The notes under the pieces: generated by a model
Databases searched by the model: none
What the model saw: only the letters and a program-made list of their open reading frames with translations
What the model was told of the DNA's origin: nothing
Made by a program: the position numbers and the translations under genes
Part shown: one piece after another, positions 20,122-30,123 of the stretch
How positions within the stretch are numbered: the first letter of the stretch is position 1
Layout: each line of letters starts with the position of its first letter
Assembly (NCBI GenBank): GCA_004764695.1
Contig: SMSO01000014.1
Location: forward strand, 6,190,029 to 6,254,028
Reading direction: 5' to 3'
DNA: 64,000 nucleotides
DNA from: Schizochytrium sp. TIO01
Taxonomy: Eukaryota; Protista; Bigyra: Labyrinthulomycetes

Positions 20122-20916
20122 TTAGTTTGCTTCAAGTTGCGGCACGGTTTCGGGTTTCTTGCTATCCTGGTTTGGGCTGCGAAACATTGTAACAATATTG
20201 GGAGTTTGCGCAACACCAAGGCCTGCGGTGATTGCACTGCCTAGCACGACGAGTGCATTTCGCACGCTGGCAATGATTTTGGCCGCCAGGTCGAATGGAT
20301 TTGATTTGGCGCCAGAAAAGAAGGCAGCAATTTGAGCCATACTGTTGGCTCCGCAAATTTGGCCTTGCAACTCAGGAATCTGAAAATATTGTGCTTCCAT
20401 GAAAATATCACGCAAAGCCTTGGGGTCCTTGGTGGGCAGTTGTACATGGGACTTGAAGATGTCTGATTTTTCCCCAATCACCTTGCGCAGTGCATACTGC
20501 TCGTGGCTGAGACCTTCTGCTTGGTTCCGCAAATGGTTGAGGATAAGCCCAAAGTAGGTTGGATCGCGGTCTACAAAGACCTTTTCGCCAACTACCTCAG
20601 AATTCCTCTCAGCACGGACAACATAGGCTGCTAGTACCGGATTAAGTGCAATCGTAGATCGCAAAGTGCGAAAGTCCTTGCCTCCAACATCTAGCACGAT
20701 AACACCATCTCCAGCACCATGTCTCTCTACATATGCAAGAGGGTTCTCAACCGTCTTGATATTTGCTGGAATTTCGATTGCCCCGGACTCAGCCGAGGAA
20801 AACATTCGCATTTGTTGTTTGAAGCTTTGTATGCGATTTACAGAGTTGCGCAAAAGTGCTACCACGCCCAGGGTCGGGGTTTTGATCCTCATACTGGCAT
20901 TCATGAATTGGAGCAT
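20122..20916 (-). CDS. KCTD-type BTB/POZ (T1) domain protein, host-like, with possible mitochondrial presequence and C-terminal hydrophobic segment
   Basis: IVLDVGGKDFRTLRSTI, VFVDRDPTYFGLILNHLR, EAQYFQIPEL; first ATG at 20916. Confidence 0.85.
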   Translation of the reverse strand: MLQFMNASMRIKTPTLGVVALLRNSVNRIQSFKQQMRMFSSAESGAIEIPANIKTVENPLAYVERHGAGDGVIVLDVGGKDFRTLRSTIALNPVLAAYVVRAERNSEVVGEKVFVDRDPTYFGLILNHLRNQAEGLSHEQYALRKVIGEKSDIFKSHVQLPTKDPKALRDIFMEAQYFQIPELQGQICGANSMAQIAAFFSGAKSNPFDLAAKIIASVRNALVVLGSAITAGLGVAQTPNIVTMFRSPNQDSKKPETVPQLEAN

Positions 20917-21511
20917 TTTCCCACTATCCGTTTCCTTCTTTCTCACACGTTGCTTGAAATGTTCCGCAAATAGAAATCTTGCAACCTCTATAAGCACAAA
21001 AACTTCTTTATCTTTCACTCGTATTGCTACCCTGTAACCCTCTCTCCTTTGCACCAGTTATAGCCAAGCTCAAGTCAACGAAGTTCGCTGGCCTAATCTT
21101 GCGAATTCTACCCCGCACTAGGATGCTCTCCCAGGCAAGGTCTCAACGATGTTTAGGTCTTGCGATGGTAGCAAGCTTCGAAATCCGCCGCTTTTTGCCA
21201 ACGCACAGCCCAGCCTAGCGGCCTCTTTGTTGCTTGAACTGTTCCCGCACAAATGAATTTGCAGTTTGATCTATCTTCTTTTTGAGACTTCGAAGAATTC
21301 CTGTTTTCCTGCTTGATCACAATTAAAGCAGCCATCCTTATGATTTTCCTTATCCACTCCTAATGGTCACTTTGTTTAAGCTATTTATTTACTATTACCC
21401 AGCCAATAGACGAATGAGGTGGCGACTTTAGGATTTTGATCATCTGTTCTCCCAAACTCTTGATTTGCTTCAAATCAAATTCCAGTAATTCGTAAGCAGC
21501 CGTCTCCTTCC

Positions 21512-22295
21512 TCAAAACCTCAGCAAAATATTTTGGGGGCTGGAATTGAATCTTAGTTTTGAGCGTATTGTCGAGTTCTCTGCTTGCTTTTGGAAAAGAC
21601 TTGGGATTGTTGATGCATAGTAAAAGTACTCTAGACGATTGTGGTTCCGTACCCGAGCCTCATTGAAAGCTTCTGCAGCCCATGCGGGACTTTTCAACCA
21701 CAATTGGCTGAGACGTTGGCTAACCTCTGTCACAATCCCGTGGCGTGGGGTCAAGGTCAGGCCAAAGCGTATCCGTACGTCTGCAGGGCACAAACGAAGA
21801 ACAACTTCACTTGTGTTACGAAATTCTTCATTGCACCTTTTACATTCATACTTTTGAGCTACGAGAAACCAATTTCCAGTCGCACTAGCAATCTCTCGGT
21901 AATTTGGTGCCCAGAAGCCATCGTCACCAGAGACGCTGACAAGAGGTTCACCCAAATGCGCTCTTTAGTTGCAGTATGGACATGGCATGCGACTCTTCAT
22001 CGACGCATACATTTTTGCTGGATGCCATAACCCAACGCTGCGCTGGTGAAAGTACTCTGGTGCAATTTGTTGATCTCTTTTTACTTTCGGCAGTTTGGGT
22101 TTCTGGAGCCAAGTGATTGTCCCATCAGGAACAATGTCATGCAGGGACTGGCATGTTTTGATGTCCACATTATCAAGTGTATCTTTGCAGCTGTCTATAA
22201 ATTTTTGTTGGATTAAGGTGATCGTAGTCTCGCGTTTCTCCTCATCTACATTAGCGCTCTCATTTTTAAGCCTTCCAGATCCGTTCTGATATCCT
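21512..22295 (-). pseudogene. DUF6729-like Zn-ribbon (transposon-associated) fragment with in-frame TAA
   Basis: LWHP...MPCPYCN*...GFW...REI...NWFLVAQKYECKRC.EEF...VL..CP..VR.RF...LT; ORFs 21965-22168 and 21512-21955 are in frame across one TAA. Confidence 0.5.
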
Positions 22296-22965
22296 CATGA
22301 CTCAAGGATTCCTGGTAATTGTCCCCGGGAGTGGCTGTCGCCTGGCGAAGCTTGCAACGTGATGAAAATTGCATCATTTTCGTGTTTGATGTTTACCTCG
22401 TTGTTGAGTCTCGCTACCTCAGAGTATCATATAATATGCCTATCTGAACATTTCCAAGTCTCTTTGCACATGTATTCGAGCCCAAGGAATACTAGCTTAT
22501 CACCATACAAGTCCGGTATTAAATTGCGTCAGTGAAACTTACCCATAGTAATAGTTGAGGTGGATTAACCATTTTACCGGAAACATGTAATATCCTTGTA
22601 AGGAGACCCAGTAGTGATACACTCAACTATTCTCAGTGGCTTTAGAGGAAGATCACCACTGAGTGTTCTTGCTAAAACCAGTAACAAAGTTCATAAAGAG
22701 TTTAAAATTGAAAGCTAAATGTCATGTCAAGTCCCACAGTTAAAGCCATATATCCTATAAAATGCATATCAAAAAACTCGCCAACACAATATTTTTGTGA
22801 GGAAAAGTAGAATTTCCCCCCATATTTTCGCCTGTTCTCTCCTATGTTCTCTCCCCCCCCGCGAGTTCTTTTTTTGAGCTCATATAATATATATATACAC
22901 ATGCGTGTAGTGCCAAAATCCCAATTATTATTTTTTAATAATAGGGTAATAACCTAATTTTGTTG

Positions 22966-23619
22966 ATGATGAACCTAGCGTACTTGCGCGCGCGCTTTGT
23001 GGCGAGTGCGTTAGAGATGGAGTCCTCGCGCCCGACCTCGGCGAAGGCCGATGCGCTGGGGCGTGCGTTGGACTTTGCGCGGTCGCACCAGGGCGGTCTA
23101 ACGATTGCGTTCATCCAAACGATCAACGAAAAAGTTATACCTTCTTGACACAATAAGAAAGGATTGAGGACTCAAGTAGCCTTCACTCGAAGACTTACTT
23201 CTCAAGGCGAACTTTCGAAGGATATTATTGTTTATTGTTTGCCACACGAAATCCACGCCAAGATTGAAAGTTTGATTCAAGGACTAGCCATGGGGTCCAT
23301 CGAGAGTATTGCTAGGTTTTATGCCACTTTCCTTGACATTCATCCCTTCGCCAATGGTAATGGCAGGACTATGCGTGTGCTCTTCGCCTGGATCCTCGAA
23401 CGCAGCGGCCTGGCGCCGCCATGCACTGACTTGGTCCATCCTTACGTCCTCAAGTTTTCACCCGACGACCTCGCGTGCCACGCCAATTTGCAACTATTTC
23501 CCAAGCGTCTTTACTTGATGACACTTCAACAAGAACGCAAGAGGTCAAGTCACCACATCCCTACCTTTGTAGAGTATGTCAAAGCTTCTTTGGAAACAAA
23601 TTCATTAGAATTTAGTTAA
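22966..23619 (+). pseudogene. Fic-domain (AMPylase-like) gene with one in-frame TGA
   Basis: FLDIHPFANGNGRTMR Fic motif; ORFs 22960-23148 and 23164-23619 are in frame across TGA 23146-23148. Confidence 0.8.
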
Positions 23620-23635
23620 TGTCGATGTAGTCTTA

Positions 23636-24900
23636 TTAAACGTTGTGTCTTTTTATATGACTATATATCGCGGAGGGACGGGTTGCATGAAAACCACTCA
23701 TACCACACGCATAGCGAGTTTTCCCAACATTGAAAATGTCAATACCCTCGTATTGCTCTTTAAAAGAGATTACCCTGAGAAGAGTACCTTGATATGGACA
23801 CATTGTGTGTTGGAAAGCGCTGTAGTCCGCCGCGGGGGTGCCGCAGCGATCAATCTTTGCGTTTTCCACCCGCCACTTCTCCAGTTCCAGTTCACCTACC
23901 GGATCATTAGGAAAAACATTAGAGGCTTGGTTGGGTAATTTGCTTAGATCCCAATGTTTTGAAACATGATTTCTCATCCAGGACCTTGCATTGCATTGGT
24001 CTCCACACATTCCACACACATAACGACCAAAGCTCATAAAAACGTTAATACCCATAATTTTCCTGCAGAAATCATCCACCGCCAGGAGAAATCCACGGAA
24101 AGGATGTTTTGTTGGATGAACGAACGTGTAGTCCACATCGGGAGCGTGCTTCTTCTTTTTCTTCAACTGCTCAACAGTATCCTGCCGCCAATTGTACAAT
24201 TCAAGCTAGCGGGTTCGGTCGAAATGAAATGAAATGTCTTCGAGATCGGTACTTGTCTGTCTATTCTCTAGGGGACATGTGTATTCGCATGATCTGTACA
24301 ATGAGTTTGGTCCATGCCATGTCACCCACACATACCACAGACGTACCTGCCATCAATGTTCTTGAAAAGGTTAATGTCACCAATTTGAGCAAAGAAGGAA
24401 ACACTTTTATCGGGAAGCGGCTTTATCGGCTTACTTGAAGTGTAAACACATGACCTATAGTCCGTGTGCGGGGCGTTGCGAAAGCGCGCACGAAGGTCCT
24501 CCCGCCACCTCTGAAGAGCCTGTTCATCATTCCTGTCATAAGCAGATGTACTTCGATCAGCCGGATTGTATTTTTTTCATGAATAAGGACATGGGCCCTT
24601 AGGTCTACCATTCTAGATGATTGAAAGCCACACAAGCCCCACACGTGCAAATTAGGATTCTCCAGCTTGAATATACTTATACCGTAGTCCCCCTCATCAC
24701 ACTCATATTTATTTACCTTCAATAAAGGACCCGTGTACACATCCCTCAGACTAGACCGATAAAACTTGCTATAGTCAATCTGTGGACTCTTCTTCAGGAT
24801 ATTGTTACCAATTCTCTAAGTCACCGGGGACCTGGTCCTGCTGCTACCCGGGAACGTAGTAACGATGACACTAGACATTTTCTGCTCGCCATCGTTTCAT
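23636..24900 (-). pseudogene. Degraded multi-repeat C2H2-like zinc-finger gene (at least 4 repeats)
   Basis: Repeats GISIF..HVWGLCG..H...H, DINLF..RYVCGMCG*..H...H, GINVF..RYVCGMCG..H...H, GIDIF..RYACGMSG..H...H, separated by stops and frameshifts. Confidence 0.65.
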
Positions 24901-25323
24901 GACGGCCCCTATCAGTTCATATGTGTATATATACTAAAATAAAAAAGGACCTTTGTTTCTTTAATTAGCTAGAGCAAGCTGTTCCGCACTCGTCAGCCGT
25001 GACGCTGTCGCCGCAACAGTTGTGTCTCGGCTGCCTACAATGATTGGAACCTACTTGTGAAGTTGTTCGCGTTCTCAATATTCTTATTGTTCTTTATGAT
25101 CCTATTGTTCCATATGTTCTAATATTTCAATGACTCTGAAATCGTCATCGTCGTCGTCGCAGTCGTCTTCTTCTGCTGGTTGGGCAGTTCCGGTTCATCT
25201 TGCTTTGCTGGCGGGCTGCTGGCGCAAATAGCAAGACCTGAACGACCTTTCAGTTTTGTTTGTCTTCCCCGTCTGCAAGGCGTGAGGAGCTTTGGTGCGG
25301 AGTGGATCGGTAGATTGAGCGCA

Positions 25324-27432
25324 ATGGTGCTCTCTGCGGCACCGAGAGCCGCTCTCAGGCGTGCCATGCCTCTCGCGTGGCGTTCATTCGCAGGGTCGGC
25401 GTGGACGAGATCTCCCTCGGGTCTGCATCCTGCACTGCCTACGATTTCCGCACCCTTCTCGAGGTCCTTGGCGGCGGCAGCGGACTCCGGATCAGGCTCA
25501 GACCGCGAGAACGGCGAGAAGAACGACAAGAAGAACGGCGAAGAACATCGGGAAAATGACAAATCCACAAAAAATAACAGTGATTTCGTAGAGGACTTCC
25601 TTGAAGGCGATGGCGACAAAGTCCGTGTGCAAAGTGGTGCAGAAGTCAGTAGCATAGCTCAGGAGTCTCAAGGCTCGGCCGCTCAAGATTCCGATTCTAC
25701 GAATGAAAATTCTGATGCCACAAATGACGATTCTGGGGCGAAGAAGATAAGTAAATCCGAGAAACAAAACCTTGACAAGTTTGTAGAAAGGTTTGGGGAC
25801 GATGGTTTTGGTGATGACGATGATGACGATGATGACGATGACGATAGCTTTGGCGACGACAGTCGTAAGTTTCGCGACGATGAGAAGGGCTCCTTTGCAG
25901 AGGTTGCTGAGTTTTTCGGGGGTAGGTCAAACATCCCTGGAAATAGTAATGGGTCGGGATGGCTCCACGCTTCAAGCTGGGGTGGAACCTCTTCAGGAAC
26001 CGGTGGTTTTGGCGGTTTTGAGGACCGAATGGAGATTGCTCGCGAGATTCAGGACCTCGTGAGGCAAGGGTACCGCGAGCTTGAGCCCAAATTCTACGCA
26101 GAGGCTGCTGAAAGCGTAGAAAGGTTGCCCTCTGGGTCCCTTACCCGTAGGTATCTGAGCGGCTTCATCATGAATGGTCAAGGTAACCTCGTAGTTGCTC
26201 GCGACGGGAATACTGCTCAAGCTGGTGAGCTGCTTAAGGGCGCCTTTGAGCACGCTATGACCGAAGCCTCCGAGGGTCTCGGCGACGATAGATTCTCTGA
26301 CATTGTCTCGTTTGCATCCGACCTTGCCATCAACCACATTGCCAACGGCCGTTTCAACGAAGCAGAAAAGCTGCTTAAGCGAGCATTGTACTGGGTTTCT
26401 TCTTCGCGCGTTGAGCCCGATAGACCACTGCTTGTGGCGACACTCTCCAATATCGGCCAGCTCCACCTATTGCAGAACAGGCCTTCTGCTGCTCTGGACC
26501 AGTGTGAACGAGCTTTTGTAGAGGCTGCAAACGTCTTTGGCTCTGATAACGACCTTGTCAGGCCAGCGATGCTCACGCACCTCTCAACAGCTTTGCGGCT
26601 TGAGGGAATTACAGAACGCGCCCTGGAGGTCAGCCAGAGTGCTGTGGACGCAGCTCGAACGTCTCATGAAACAATGTGCAAGACTACATCGCAGAATGAA
26701 AGAATTCAAAGCGCACATGTTTTGGCTGCAGCACTTGTGAACCGAGCGATTTGCGTTGTGGAGAACATGACCAGCTTTGAAGATGTGGAACTGGCGAGGG
26801 CACTAACCACAGAAGCACTCAAGGTGAATCCAGATAAGTCTGTGACGGGACGTGTTCCAGCTCTGCTAATTCAAGCTCTTCTTGCGAATTCGTGCGACGA
26901 ATCAAGATATCTTTATGAAGCTATTGCAGACAATGTGGAAAACGAGGTTATCCAGCATGCAATGAGGGAAAATGCGCAGGTTATGATGAGCCTCCGTGAA
27001 GCACCGGGAGCACCAGACGCAGAGGCTCGCTCGGATTCTGCGCAAAAAGATACAACATCAGCAGAGGCTAAAACTTCACAAAAGCCTACATCTGACGCAG
27101 GCGTCGAGGTTGCATCTACTCAGGAAAAGGCGGATGCTGTCGAAAGTCCGCAAAAAACTATTAAATTAGATGTAGATGAGGAGGTTTTCTCTGCTGAGCC
27201 GCTGGGGCGTGATGAGAGTAGCCCCGACTTTCAAGAGCAAGCAGAAGCAGAAGATCAGGGCATTTCCGAGGAGGATGCTGCCCGAAACCTTTTGCACCGC
27301 CTTAGAATCCCAACAACCTCCACTGATGGTGCATCTGGTCCTGTACAAACTGTGTGGGTGCAGAGTAAATCTGCGTTTGTGCATGGTGTCACCCTCCGTG
27401 CGTTCTGCAAGCAAAAAACATCTACGCCTTAA
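25324..27432 (+). CDS. Helical-repeat (TPR-like) protein with mitochondrial-type presequence and acidic low-complexity region
   Basis: MVLSAAPRAALRRAMPLAWRSF; TPR-like units LAINHIANGRFNEAEKLLKRAL and TLSNIGQLHLLQNRPSAALDQCERA. Confidence 0.7.
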   Translation: MVLSAAPRAALRRAMPLAWRSFAGSAWTRSPSGLHPALPTISAPFSRSLAAAADSGSGSDRENGEKNDKKNGEEHRENDKSTKNNSDFVEDFLEGDGDKVRVQSGAEVSSIAQESQGSAAQDSDSTNENSDATNDDSGAKKISKSEKQNLDKFVERFGDDGFGDDDDDDDDDDDSFGDDSRKFRDDEKGSFAEVAEFFGGRSNIPGNSNGSGWLHASSWGGTSSGTGGFGGFEDRMEIAREIQDLVRQGYRELEPKFYAEAAESVERLPSGSLTRRYLSGFIMNGQGNLVVARDGNTAQAGELLKGAFEHAMTEASEGLGDDRFSDIVSFASDLAINHIANGRFNEAEKLLKRALYWVSSSRVEPDRPLLVATLSNIGQLHLLQNRPSAALDQCERAFVEAANVFGSDNDLVRPAMLTHLSTALRLEGITERALEVSQSAVDAARTSHETMCKTTSQNERIQSAHVLAAALVNRAICVVENMTSFEDVELARALTTEALKVNPDKSVTGRVPALLIQALLANSCDESRYLYEAIADNVENEVIQHAMRENAQVMMSLREAPGAPDAEARSDSAQKDTTSAEAKTSQKPTSDAGVEVASTQEKADAVESPQKTIKLDVDEEVFSAEPLGRDESSPDFQEQAEAEDQGISEEDAARNLLHRLRIPTTSTDGASGPVQTVWVQSKSAFVHGVTLRAFCKQKTSTP

Positions 27433-28355
27433 AATTTTGAATGACTGATCGTAACAATTGAATAAGGATAAACTTTCGTATATATCAGCTGTGCTAACCA
27501 TTTGTAGGAAGTCGACTTTCTCTATATTTTGCCAACTCTCTCGTCAAATCTACCTGAGTAAGCGGTATGTTTAAGACAAGAAAATGTCTTAATACTCGCT
27601 CCGCATTGACATAAGTTCCATCTAAAACGTGTTAACTGTGTTGCCTGGTTTACGTTATTTTGCTTTGTATAACTCAAGTTTCGATGTACATGCTTTGTTT
27701 GAGGTTATCAACCGTTTTCCTCTTCATCGGACGAGTTCGTTTGACTTATGGTCAGTTGGTGAGTACGCTTTTGTTCTGTGATAGCACATTCCATTGTATC
27801 AATCATGTTGGAACACGAATTATAACGCGGGCGCCTCCGTGACATGGATGTCTTCGGTAGTTGTGATGTGTAGCACAACAGAGGGGGAATTGGGAAGATG
27901 TAAGTCCGGAACAAATTTAACAAGTAATTTCCCTAGACAAATGAAAATGCATGTCTCATTTCTAAAAATCGTTACATTTAAGACAAAACTTGCACTGAAT
28001 GAATAGCTAGATTTCTAATATTAGAATTTTTTGGTAGTAACTTCCATCCTCAAATTTGATGTTTAACCTCTAATGGATACATGTTGTTTATTCACATCCC
28101 TGCTTGAAAGGTTTGACAACTGTTTGAAGGTACAAATTTCAAATTAGAACTAAAAAGAGAAATTTTCAGAAGGTTAACACCTACATAATATCATATAAAA
28201 AGGAAAGATCCCTGGAATGTACTCTATTGAGCATATAATCTTCTTTGAGGTGGGCGTTCAAATGCCTGATAAAAGGAATAGTGTATCCAATTTAAGAACA
28301 TAAAATGGAATGCCAGGTCTAGCATGCACGGGAGTCAAGGCATATCGCAATCCAT

Positions 28356-29955
28356 TTACTTACCATCTTTAGCCTTTGCCCCTTCTTCAACCTTAGAGCG
28401 TTTCTTTTCAGGGCCATTAGCCTCGCTTGACTCGTCCAAAGCCCGAATCCAGTCATCGTGGTCATAAGGCACAAAGAGAGGCCCAGAGGCCGGGTCCTCG
28501 TCGTCTTCATCTTCGTCCTCTTCGTCGCTTTCATGGTCGCTTGCACACTCCTCCTTTTCGCATTTCCTGGGGCCCGTAAGGTCACTCTGCTCCTCCATCT
28601 TCTTCTTTTCTGCAGGGTTTTCCCACTGGCCTTCATCAGCAAGGATGCGGTAAGGCAAATCCATCGGCCCAGGTTGCTTGGACGGTGCCCTTGTACCACT
28701 TATCCTTGCTGACGTTAAACTCAACGCGATCGTTCACCTTAAAACGAGTGGGAAGTGCCTTACAGGCCTCAAAGCTGGCGGAAAGGGCCTTTTTGTCAAG
28801 GTTACGGCCAATGAAGACAAGTTTGGACTCACGCTTCTCATCCTTCTTCCACTCAGAAGCAAAGTTGCCTTCGAGCAGCTGATGCACGCCCTGGAATACA
28901 TACTTCTCAGGTACTCCGGCAATGGAGACGATGCCCTTGTAACGGAGCAAGTCCTCCGCGCCGTCACCAAGGAGTTCCTGAAGCCACTCCTCAAGCTTGG
29001 GCTGGGACACACTTCCATCAAAGTGGAAGGCGACAGAGGAAATAGACTTATCATGCTTCTTGCCATGGTGATGGTGGTCATCGTCATCATCATCGCTATC
29101 ATCGTCGTGGTGGCTGTGGTCATCGTCGCTATCCACATCCTTGAAGTCAGGCTGGAATTCAAGTACACGGTCAAGACTGAATCCCCGAATCCCGATAAGA
29201 CGAGCAGGGTCAACAACGGAGCGCTCAGTCTCAATAATCTCTGCTGTGGAGTTAATGCCGCGGATGGCTTTCTTAATCTTTTCGAGCTCCTCCTTATCAA
29301 CAAGATCAATCTTGTTGAGAAGGACTCGGTCAGCAAAGGCGAGTTGCTCCTGGGCCTCATTCACAACGCCCTCGGGTTTGACCTCATTGAGACGGGTGAG
29401 AATGAACTTGGCGTCGACAACGGTGATGATGCCATCGAGCTCGCACTTCATGGCGACCTCCTCGTCAGCAAAGAAGGTTTGGGCTACAGGAGCAGGGTCA
29501 GCCATGCCTGTGGTCTCAATGATGATTGCGTCAAACTCATCGCTGCGCGCAAGAAGCTTCTTGACGACAACGGCCAAATCACTGCGGACAGTACAGCAAA
29601 TGCAGCCGTTAAGCATCTCAATAATCTGGCCCTCAACATTTTCCTTGATGAGAGCATCATCGATGCCAACTTCTCCAAATTCGTTCTCAATGACAGCAAA
29701 CTTTTTGCCATGCATGGCAGTCAGAATGTGCTTGGTCAAGGTGCTCTTGCCAGATCCCAGAAATCCTGTAAGGATGGTGACAGGCATGCGTGGACCTTGG
29801 TCCTCCTCATCCTCCTCATCCTCCTCATCTTCGTCCTCACCTTCCTCGCCTTCTTCATCTTCTTCCTCCTTCTCGTTGTTCACCTCCTCATCCTTCTTCA
29901 CTGCATCTGCGTCCTGGTCCTGCTGTGCAATCTCGTCAACAGTTTCCTTAGCCAT
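28356..29955 (-). CDS. COG0523/CobW-family zinc metallochaperone GTPase with C-terminal SH3-like domain; one apparent extra base near 28657-28659
   Basis: PVTILTGFLGSGKST, ENEFGEVGID, GCICCT, IETTGMADP, NKID, His/Asp tract, LRYKG..QGVH..VFIGRNLD; tail RFKVNDRVEFN..WYKGTV..W continues as PYRI...FVPYDHDDWIRA in the shifted frame. Confidence 0.9.
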
Positions 29956-30084
29956 CTTTTCCTGGGTGAGTTCGCTTGTTGCTCAGAACCTTCTCTGGAG
30001 TTTATCTCCAACAGCAGTTCAGGTTTTGTAGCTCGCTCGAGCTGCGCAGACTTCAATGTGGGTGGATGTATTTATGTATTGATC

Positions 30085-30123
30085 AATGAATGAATGAATG
30101 AATGAATGAATGAATGAATGAAT
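30085..30123. repeat. (AATG)n microsatellite
   Basis: About 10 perfect copies seen directly upstream of the CobW gene. Confidence 0.95.

Larger units (their letters stand above)
6760..24950. mobile_element. Putative endogenous large-DNA-virus or giant mobile element island, partly degraded; boundaries approximate and possibly two inserts flanking the BTB gene
   Basis: Lower GC than flanking host CDS (single-line spot counts: 19/60 at 14761 vs 31/60 at 2341), intronless tightly packed or overlapping ORFs, several unrecognised ORFs, shared AT-rich upstream motif, multiple in-frame stops and frameshifts; no hallmark gene or TIR seen. Confidence 0.6.

Noticed and set aside
10604-23148. Alternative genetic code to explain in-frame stops in the island
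   Set aside because: All three stop types occur as interruptions and also terminate intact genes; decay is simpler
6700-25050. Terminal inverted repeats or target-site duplication at island borders
   Set aside because: None found by eye; only a small local hairpin tcctcca...tggagga near 6717-6741
28678-30093. 471-aa and 296-aa plus-strand ORFs
   Set aside because: Antisense shadows of the codon-biased CobW gene; low-complexity translations mirror its acidic tracts
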